A stretch of DNA of 64,000 bases from Desulfuromonadales bacterium (lineage in GTDB: Bacteria; Desulfobacterota; Desulfuromonadia; Desulfuromonadales; SZUA-540). The notes beneath the pieces were generated by a model that was not told where the DNA came from, made no database searches, and worked only from the letters and a program-made list of their open reading frames with translations. Shown one piece after another: positions 57,187-64,000 of the stretch (positions are counted from its first letter, which is position 1; the number at the start of each line of letters is the position of its first letter). The translations under genes and the position numbers were made by a program. The DNA lies in contig JAWSUS010000014.1 of NCBI GenBank assembly GCA_033549025.1, forward strand, positions 1 through 64,000, in the 5' to 3' direction.

Positions 57187-57927
57187 GTGGCGAAGAGACC
57201 CAAAAAAAAACAAGAAGGAGCCCCCGCCTGGATGGTCACCTACAGTGACCTGGTGACGTTGCTGCTGACCTTCTTCGTGCTGCTGCTGTCCATGGCCAGT
57301 ATGGACCGCATCAAATTCAGCGCCGCGGCCAATTCACTCAAAGGGGCTTTCGGCATCCTAGGCGGCAAGCAGCAGACGGAGATCGCCCCGCCGGCCATCA
57401 TCGATTTTTCGCCCATTGATGACGATATGTTCCAGCGGGTCTACAAGAGGATTCTGGAACAGCTCAACCGCCTGCGTCTGGACAAGACCATTACCCTGGT
57501 CAAAGACCGGGGTGCGATTGTCCTGCGGGTCAACGAAGCGATTCTCTTCGATGCGGGACAGACGGAAGTCAAGCCCGCGGCCTACCCAGTGCTGCGCAAA
57601 GTGGCGGACATCGTCCGCCCGCTGCCCATGCAGCTGCGCGTGGAAGGGCATACCGACGATGTGCCCGTCGCCTCCGGTCAGCGAACCAACTGGGACATTT
57701 CGGTGCAGCGGGCCGTATCGGTCCTCAAATTTCTGCAGCGGGAAGATCTCTTCCCCCTCGATCGCATGGCCGCCGTGGGCTACGGTGAGCAGAGGCCTCT
57801 CGCGCCCAATGACTCGGATGAAAATCGCGCCCTGAATCGGCGCGTCGAATTTGTGCTGGAAAACATGGGCAAGCATCAGGAAAAGCTGCCCTATCTCATC
57901 GATGCCAAAGATCAGATGCCTTTTTGA
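57187..57927 (+). CDS. motB: Flagellar stator B subunit (MotB/PomB)
   Basis: WMVTYSDLVTLLLTFFVLL, EGHTDD, NRRVE. Confidence 0.95.
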   Translation: MAKRPKKKQEGAPAWMVTYSDLVTLLLTFFVLLLSMASMDRIKFSAAANSLKGAFGILGGKQQTEIAPPAIIDFSPIDDDMFQRVYKRILEQLNRLRLDKTITLVKDRGAIVLRVNEAILFDAGQTEVKPAAYPVLRKVADIVRPLPMQLRVEGHTDDVPVASGQRTNWDISVQRAVSVLKFLQREDLFPLDRMAAVGYGEQRPLAPNDSDENRALNRRVEFVLENMGKHQEKLPYLIDAKDQMPF

Positions 57928-57948
57928 AACAGATAAGGGAGTAAGCAT

Positions 57949-58458
57949 ATGGCCAAAAAAGACGCGGAACAGACAGAGAAACCCGAGGGGAAGAAAAGCA
58001 AGCTGACCCTGATTCTGGCTATTGTGGGCGGATTGATCCTGCTCGGCGGTGTCGGCGTTGGTGCCTATTTTATAGGGGCCAGCGGGCCGGAGCAGGCGCC
58101 CGGCGCCGAAGTCGCCGAATCGTCGGCACCGGCCCAAAAAGCCCAGGCCGGAAAAGTCGGCCCCATGGTCGATATCTCGGGTTTCATCATCAATATCCTC
58201 GATCGTGACGAGGTCCGTTATCTTAAAGCCGCCATCACCCTGGAGGCGGATAGCGAAGCGGGTGCCCTCGAATTGCAGGAACGGCAGGCCCAGGTGCGCG
58301 ACGCCATTCTGCTGCTCATCGGCAACAAGACTTTCGACGAGCTGCGCGATCTGCAAGGCAAGATGCAGCTGCGCTCCGAACTGATCGCCCAGATCAACAC
58401 CCTGCTGCAGCAGGGGCAGGTCAAGAACATCTACTTCACCGACTTCGTCGTCCAGTAA
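57949..58458 (+). CDS. fliL: Flagellar basal body protein FliL
   Basis: Single TM segment, RYLK, VRDAIL, IYFTDFVVQ. Confidence 0.95.
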   Translation: MAKKDAEQTEKPEGKKSKLTLILAIVGGLILLGGVGVGAYFIGASGPEQAPGAEVAESSAPAQKAQAGKVGPMVDISGFIINILDRDEVRYLKAAITLEADSEAGALELQERQAQVRDAILLLIGNKTFDELRDLQGKMQLRSELIAQINTLLQQGQVKNIYFTDFVVQ

Positions 58459-58494
58459 CGGCTGCCCGTCGGGCATAGAAGCAAGGGGTCCTTC

Positions 58495-59508
58495 GTGGAA
58501 CGCATCCTGACCAAAGACGAAATTGCCGAACTCCTCTCCGCCGTACGCGACGGGGATCTTGACACCGAACTCGATTCAGAGGAAACGCCGCAGCAGAAAC
58601 GGGCTGTCAGCCGAGTCGACCTGATCGGTGCCGGTGGGGCGGGGCGCTATCGCATCAACAATTTCGACATCATCCTTGATGCCTTCACCCGCAACTACAG
58701 CCTGTCCCTCTCTAGTCGCCTGCAGCGGTCGGTGACCATCAAGCGGGGCAAGCTCGATTACCTGGAATTCGATCCCTTTGTCCAGCAACTCGGCGACCAC
58801 AACGCCATCGGGGTGATCAAACTCGACCCCCTCAAGAGCGCCGGCCTGTTCGTTTTTAACGGTGCGCTGTCCTTCTCTTTTCTGGAGGCCATGCTCGGTG
58901 GCTCTTCCGACGTCAAACCCATGGCGCTGTCCCGTTCGCTGACCGCCATCGAAATGAATGTCCTGCGGGGGCTCATGCTCGACGCCTGCGCCGACATGCA
59001 GAAGGCTTTTCGGCCCCTCGAAGAGTTGACGGCGACCCTGGTCAATATCGAGGCGAGTTCGCGCATGGTCAATATCGTGGCGCCCGATACGGACGTCATG
59101 GTTGCCGAGTTTGATGTCACCGTCGACAAGACGCCCGGCAAAATCACCCTGATGATCCCCTTCTTTTCGCTGGAGCCTTTCCGCGAGAAGCTCAAGGACG
59201 GCATTCTGGCCATTACCTCCCTGCGGGGCGATGACTGGAAGTCAACGCTGCAGAACGACCTGGCCCGCCTGAAGACCAACGTCACCGGCCAGTTCGCCGA
59301 GGTCTCCCTGTCGGTGCGGGATATTCTGAATTTCCAGGTCGGCGACATTATCGAACTGGGCTGTGAACCGAACAGCCCCATCCGCCTGTTGGTGGAAAAC
59401 AAACTAAAATTTGAGGGCATGGTGGGCGCGCGCAACGGCAAGAAAGCGGTTCGCGTCACCAGCCGGATTATCCCAGAGGGAGTGCACGATGGAAAAGACA
59501 GAGAATAA
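58495..59508 (+). CDS. fliM: Flagellar motor switch protein FliM
   Basis: ILTKDEIAELL, LTAIE, IPFFSLEP, VGDII. Confidence 0.92.
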   Translation: MERILTKDEIAELLSAVRDGDLDTELDSEETPQQKRAVSRVDLIGAGGAGRYRINNFDIILDAFTRNYSLSLSSRLQRSVTIKRGKLDYLEFDPFVQQLGDHNAIGVIKLDPLKSAGLFVFNGALSFSFLEAMLGGSSDVKPMALSRSLTAIEMNVLRGLMLDACADMQKAFRPLEELTATLVNIEASSRMVNIVAPDTDVMVAEFDVTVDKTPGKITLMIPFFSLEPFREKLKDGILAITSLRGDDWKSTLQNDLARLKTNVTGQFAEVSLSVRDILNFQVGDIIELGCEPNSPIRLLVENKLKFEGMVGARNGKKAVRVTSRIIPEGVHDGKDRE

Positions 59509-59827
59509 AGAGTCCAAGGCCGTGGCGGCCGAGACACAGGGGGAGAATATTGCGCCGCAGAAAGAGTTGCGTAATCTCGACTTTCTGCTCGACGTCCCTT
59601 TGCAGCTTTCCGTTGAAGTGGGGCGGTCCAAGCTGCTCATCAAGGACCTGCTGCAGGTGCGGGAAGGTTCCGTCATCGAACTGGACAAGCTGGCGGGGGA
59701 ACCTCTGGACGTCTATGTCAATTCCCGCCTCATCGCCCGTGGCGAGGCGGTCATGGTCAACGACAAGTTCGGCCTGCGGCTCACCGACGTGGTCAGCCCC
59801 GCCGAGCGCATCGAGAAACTGGGCTGA
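59489..59827 (+). CDS. fliN: Flagellar motor switch protein FliN
   Basis: LLDVPLQLSVEVG, ELDKLAGEP, IARGE. Confidence 0.95.
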   Translation: MEKTENKESKAVAAETQGENIAPQKELRNLDFLLDVPLQLSVEVGRSKLLIKDLLQVREGSVIELDKLAGEPLDVYVNSRLIARGEAVMVNDKFGLRLTDVVSPAERIEKLG

Positions 59828-59834
59828 GTCCGTG

Positions 59835-60209
59835 ATGACGCGTCTTTTTTTTGCAGCCCTCTGGCTCTGGCCTTCTCTGGCTCTGGCCGCCGATTCGGGC
59901 AGCCTGCTGGCCTCTTCTCTGAAGATGCTGGCCGCGCTCGGTGTGGTTCTGGGGCTGGTGCTGCTGCTCTATGCGGCCAGCCGCAAAGGGTTCGGCTTTC
60001 TGCCGGCGGCCAAAGGGGGCGCCATCAAGATCGTCGAGATGCGACACCTGGCCCCGCGCAAGGCCGTCTGTCTGGTGGAAGTGCGTGGCCGGGAGTTTCT
60101 GCTCGGCGTCGGCAATGACCGGGTGGAACTGCTGACGCCTCTTGACCGCCGGGAGGGGCAGGCCTCCTTTGAAGAGAAACTCTGTACTGAGATCGAGAGT
60201 GGACGATGA
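59835..60209 (+). CDS. fliO: Flagellar biogenesis protein FliO
   Basis: TM segment followed by LVEVRGREFLLGV. Between fliN and fliP. Confidence 0.88.
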   Translation: MTRLFFAALWLWPSLALAADSGSLLASSLKMLAALGVVLGLVLLLYAASRKGFGFLPAAKGGAIKIVEMRHLAPRKAVCLVEVRGREFLLGVGNDRVELLTPLDRREGQASFEEKLCTEIESGR

Positions 60210-60943
60210 AGGCACGCTATTTCGGACTGCTTTTGATTCTTCTGCTGCCCGCCTTCGCGCAGGCCGCACCCCTGCCGACCATCAGCTTCGGGATAACGGA
60301 AGCCGAAGGGCCCCAGCAGGTCTCCACCGCCATGCAGGTGCTGCTGCTGCTCACCATCCTGTCCATGGCGCCGGCCATCCTGCTCATGACCACGGCTTTT
60401 ACCCGCATCGTCATTGTCCTGTCCTTTGTACGCCAGGCCATGGGGACGCAGGGGATGCCGCCCAACCAGATCATCATCGGGCTGGCGCTCTTTCTCACCC
60501 TCTTCATCATGGCGCCCGTCTACAACCAGGTCAACGATACGGCCTTGCAGCCCTATCTGGCCGAGACCATCAGCCAGGAACAGGCCCTCGATCTGGCCCT
60601 GATTCCCGTGCGCGAATTCATGTTCGCCCACACGGACGAAAAAGACCTGGCCCTGCTCATGGAAATCGCCAAGCAGCCGGTGCCGGAAAGCCGCGCCGAT
60701 ATTTCGACCCTCAGCCTGATCCCCGCGTTCATGCTTTCCGAGCTCAAGCGCGCTTTCCAGATGGGGTTCATGATCTTCATCCCCTTTCTGGTCATCGACA
60801 TGGTCGTGGCTTCGGTGCTCATGTCCATGGGGATGATGATGCTGCCGCCGATCATCATTTCGCTTCCATTCAAGCTGCTTCTCTTCGTCCTGGTCGATGG
60901 CTGGGCCCTGGTGGTCGGCTCGCTGGTACAGAGTTTTTATTGA
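60206..60943 (+). CDS. fliP: Flagellar export protein FliP
   Basis: TAFTRIVIV, PAFMLSELK, MGMMMLPP, LVDGW. Confidence 0.97.
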   Translation: MKARYFGLLLILLLPAFAQAAPLPTISFGITEAEGPQQVSTAMQVLLLLTILSMAPAILLMTTAFTRIVIVLSFVRQAMGTQGMPPNQIIIGLALFLTLFIMAPVYNQVNDTALQPYLAETISQEQALDLALIPVREFMFAHTDEKDLALLMEIAKQPVPESRADISTLSLIPAFMLSELKRAFQMGFMIFIPFLVIDMVVASVLMSMGMMMLPPIIISLPFKLLLFVLVDGWALVVGSLVQSFY

Positions 60944-61013
60944 CGGAAAGTAGGGGGTGCACACCGCAGGGAGGATGCCTGCCGCCTGATGCCCCCGTTC
61001 CTCAGGATATGCC

Positions 61014-61283
61014 ATGACTCCGGAATTCGTTGTTGACATAGGACGCCAGGCGGTAGAGACGGTCCTGTTCATGTCCGCGCCCATGCTGCTGGCGGCTTTG
61101 ATCATCGGCCTGCTTATCAGTATTTTTCAGGCCGCCACCCAGATCAACGAGCAGACCATGACCTTCATCCCCAAGATCGTGGCGGTGCTGGTGACCCTGA
61201 TTATTTTCGCCCCCTGGATGATCAAAATCATGCTCGCCTTCACCCTGGGCATCTTTGAAGGTCTGGCCACTGTCGGAACCTGA
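61014..61283 (+). CDS. fliQ: Flagellar export protein FliQ
   Basis: QAATQINEQTMTFIPK. Confidence 0.97.
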   Translation: MTPEFVVDIGRQAVETVLFMSAPMLLAALIIGLLISIFQAATQINEQTMTFIPKIVAVLVTLIIFAPWMIKIMLAFTLGIFEGLATVGT

Positions 61284-61291
61284 GGCCTGCT

Positions 61292-62068
61292 GTGGAATTG
61301 CCGCTCATCCCCGTGGAACAATTTCAGAACTTTCTGGTCTGCCTGGCGCGGGTTGGGGCCATGATCGGCGCCCTGCCTGTCTTCAGCGGCGGCCAGACCC
61401 CCATGCAGCTGCGCGTCGGCCTGGCGGTGACGGTTTCGCTGCTGGTCTACCCGGTGGTGGCGCCCTATATCCCCGCCCAGTCCTTTCACCCTGTCAGCCT
61501 GGCGGTGCTGGTGACGGGGGAGACCCTGTTCGGCGTCCTCGTGGCCATCATCGCCCGTCTCATCTTTACGGCGGCGGAGTTCGGCGGCACCATCATCGGT
61601 TTCCAGATGGGGTTTGCCGCCGCCAACGTTTTCGACCCGCAGAACCAGCGGCAGATCGCTCTCATCTCCCAGTTGCAGAACGTCTTCGCCATCCTGGTCT
61701 TTCTGGCGCTGGACATCCATCACCTCTTTCTGCGGGCCATCGTCGCCTCCTATGAGCTGCTGCCGCCGGGCGGGGTCGATTTCTCCGGCGAGGCCGTCCC
61801 CTATCTGATGACCCTGGCTTCGGGAATGTTCGTGCTGGCCGTCAAGTTCAGCGCGCCCATCCTGGCCGTGCTGCTACTGTCCAGCTTCGTGCTGGGCATT
61901 CTCTCCCGCGTATTCCCCCAGCTCAATGTGTTCATGCTGTCCTTTCCCATCAACATCGGCCTGTCCCTGATCGTCATGGGATTGACCCTCAATGTGCTGG
62001 TGTCGATGCTGGGACGCGAGTTTAACGCGCTCGGCGAACGTTTCATCCAGCTCTTTGAGCTGCTCTGA
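61292..62068 (+). CDS. fliR: Flagellar export protein FliR
   Basis: QMGFAAANVFDP, RVFPQLNVF. Confidence 0.95.
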   Translation: MELPLIPVEQFQNFLVCLARVGAMIGALPVFSGGQTPMQLRVGLAVTVSLLVYPVVAPYIPAQSFHPVSLAVLVTGETLFGVLVAIIARLIFTAAEFGGTIIGFQMGFAAANVFDPQNQRQIALISQLQNVFAILVFLALDIHHLFLRAIVASYELLPPGGVDFSGEAVPYLMTLASGMFVLAVKFSAPILAVLLLSSFVLGILSRVFPQLNVFMLSFPINIGLSLIVMGLTLNVLVSMLGREFNALGERFIQLFELL

Positions 62069-62073
62069 GGTAG

Positions 62074-63141
62074 GTGATGTCCGAGGACAGCGGTCAGGAA
62101 AAAACCGAACAGGCGTCGGAAAAACGGCGCCAGGAATTTCGCGAAAAAGGGCAGGTGGCCCAGAGCCGTGAAGTGCAGACGGCGGCTCTGCTGACCATGT
62201 CGCTGCTGCTCTGGTTCTTTTACGCCCCTTTCTTTTGGGCCCAAATTGCTGAACTGGTGGCCGGGATCTGGCGCCTTTCCGGTGAATTCGAGCCGACCCC
62301 CCTGTCCGTTGTCAATCTGATGACAGCCACCTTCGGCAAGCTCGCCCTGCTGATGGCACCGCCGCTGCTGTTGGTGCTGGTGACGGGGTTTTTCGCCAGT
62401 TTTCTGCAGATTGGCTGGCTCTTCACCGCCAAGCCCATGATGCCCGACCTGAAAAAGCTGGACCCCATCGCGGGTTCCAAAAAGTTCGTCTCCAAGCGTT
62501 CCCTGGTCGAATTAGTCAAATCTTTGGCAAAAGTCCTGCTGGTGGGGGTCATCGCTTTTCGCGCCGTCAGCGCCGAATTCGAGCACGCCCTCTATCTCAT
62601 CGATATGGATGTGAGCGAAACAGTGCGTTACGTGGGCCGGGTCGGCGCTTTGGTGCTGATCAAGAGCTGCGGCGTCCTTATTTTGCTTGGCGTGCTCGAT
62701 TTTTTGTTCGTGCGCTGGGAAATGGAACAGAAAATGAAGATGTCCAAGCAGGAGCAGAAAGAAGAGTACAAGCAGACGGAAGGCGACCCCTACATCAAGT
62801 CGCGCATCCGCTCCATCCAGCAGCAAATGGCCCGCAAGCGCATGATGGCCGAGGTGCCCAAGGCCGATGTCATCATCACCAACCCGACTCACCTCTCCAT
62901 CGCCCTGGCTTATCGGCGCGGGGAGATGGAGGCGCCACAGGTGGTGGCCAAGGGCGCCGATCATCTGGCCATGCGCATCCGCGACCTCGCCCGCGAGCAT
63001 AATATCCCCATGGTGGAGAACGTGCCGGTGGCCCGGGCGCTGTACAAGGTGGAGATCGGGCGGGAAATTCCCGAAGAGATGTTCAAGGCCGTGGCCGAGA
63101 TACTGGCCTACGTCTATAACGTAAAGAGGAACAAGGGATGA
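62074..63141 (+). CDS. flhB: Flagellar export protein FlhB
   Basis: EKTE, EGDP, NPTH autocleavage motif, VAEILAYVY. Confidence 0.97.
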   Translation: MMSEDSGQEKTEQASEKRRQEFREKGQVAQSREVQTAALLTMSLLLWFFYAPFFWAQIAELVAGIWRLSGEFEPTPLSVVNLMTATFGKLALLMAPPLLLVLVTGFFASFLQIGWLFTAKPMMPDLKKLDPIAGSKKFVSKRSLVELVKSLAKVLLVGVIAFRAVSAEFEHALYLIDMDVSETVRYVGRVGALVLIKSCGVLILLGVLDFLFVRWEMEQKMKMSKQEQKEEYKQTEGDPYIKSRIRSIQQQMARKRMMAEVPKADVIITNPTHLSIALAYRRGEMEAPQVVAKGADHLAMRIRDLAREHNIPMVENVPVARALYKVEIGREIPEEMFKAVAEILAYVYNVKRNKG

Positions 63142-64000
63142 TCAACGTAAGCACGCTTCGCTCACTGAACTACAAAGAAATGCTGCTGCGCAGCGACATT
63201 ATGGTCGCCGTGGGGTTGGTGTCCATCCTGCTGGTGATGATCATCCCGCTGCCGGCCATCCTGCTCGATATCTTCCTCTCTCTCAATATCACCCTGGCCC
63301 TGCTGATCATGATCATCAGCCTCTACACGGCCCGGGCTTTGGACTTCGGCATCTTTCCTTCGGTGCTGCTGGCCACCACCCTCTTTCGCCTCTCCCTCAA
63401 TGTCGCCTCCACCCGGCTGATTCTGCTCAATGGCGACCAGGGGCCGACGGCGGCCGGATCGGTCATCGCCTCCTTCGGCCAGTTCGTGGTCGGCGGTAAT
63501 TACGTGGTCGGTATCGTGGTCTTCTCCATCCTGGTGGTCATCAACTTCATGGTTATCACCAAGGGGGCCGGGCGCGTGGCCGAGGTTGCCGCCCGCTTCA
63601 CCCTCGATGCCATGCCCGGCAAGCAGATGGCCATTGACGCCGACCTCAACGCCGGCCTGGTCGACGAGCAGGAGGCCCGCACCCGCCGCAAGGAGATCGC
63701 CATGGAGGCCGAGTTCTACGGGGCCATGGACGGTGCCAGCAAGTTCGTGCGCGGCGACGCCATCGCCGGCATCCTCATCACCCTGATCAACATCGGCGCC
63801 GGTTTTATCATCGGCGTCATGCAGAAGGGGATGCCGATGATGGAGGCGGCCCAGAACTACACCATCCTCACCGTCGGTGACGGCCTGGTGGGGCAGGTGC
63901 CGGCCCTGATCATCTCCACCGCCGCCGGCATCCTGGTTACCCGCACCGCTGGCGACGGCGACTTCGGCTCGGATATCAAGAAGCAGTTTTCCCTGCACCC
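63138..64000 (+). CDS. flhA: Flagellar export protein FlhA (3' truncated by window edge)
   Basis: Manual translation: [55 protein letters not shown]. Confidence 0.96.
   Translation, partial: MINVSTLRSLNYKEMLLRSDIMVAVGLVSILLVMIIPLPAILLDIFLSLNITLALLIMIISLYTARALDFGIFPSVLLATTLFRLSLNVASTRLILLNGDQGPTAAGSVIASFGQFVVGGNYVVGIVVFSILVVINFMVITKGAGRVAEVAARFTLDAMPGKQMAIDADLNAGLVDEQEARTRRKEIAMEAEFYGAMDGASKFVRGDAIAGILITLINIGAGFIIGVMQKGMPMMEAAQNYTILTVGDGLVGQVPALIISTAAGILVTRTAGDGDFGSDIKKQFSLH

Noticed and set aside
60952..61006. GC-rich hairpin between fliP and fliQ
   Set aside because: Short stems in GC-rich DNA and no U-tract. Not distinguishable from chance by eye.
1..64000. CRISPR array, rRNA, tRNA, transposase or prophage genes
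   Set aside because: No regularly spaced repeats, RNA gene signatures or mobile-element proteins recognised.

Overview
GC-rich bacterial chromosome segment. Gene content and sigma-54 wiring suggest a Desulfuromonas/Geobacter-like deltaproteobacterium (inference). There are four blocks. (1) 1-17 kb is an accessory mosaic: an MhqR-like marR-doxX-yceI unit with operators; an NDP-sugar epimerase coupled to an unknown GT-B-like protein plus a Phd/RelE toxin-antitoxin pair, all between two decayed copies of one XRE-HTH gene family; two structured intergenic elements around an FMN-binding protein and a mini winged-helix gene; an FNR/HcpR box -> PAS-sigma54 activator -> nrfA-HPP circuit with no nrfH; a decayed PAS gene ahead of NDH-2; and thioesterase, PilZ, DksA and CbiK-like singletons. 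(2) 17-31 kb is a fatty-acid beta-oxidation cluster (fadD, fadN/A/E-like, MBL hydrolase, secreted chalcone-isomerase-fold protein, SDR, FadF/EMO, etfBA) with LiuR-type boxes and a MerR regulator. (3) 31-43 kb is a minus-strand chemosensory operon with no CheW or MCP. Its CheA has two Hpt domains and a MshEN-like motif pair; it encodes five CheC/CheX-type ExxN motifs and is followed by a sigma-54 activator. (4) 43-64 kb is the flagellar cluster (large TPR protein, flgBC, fliEFGHIJ, motE-like, fliK, flgD, flgE, motAB, fliLMNOPQR, flhB, partial flhA) with sigma-54 promoters and FleQ-like boxes. No rRNA, tRNA, CRISPR array, integrase or transposase was recognised. All calls come from reading motifs by eye; no searches were run.
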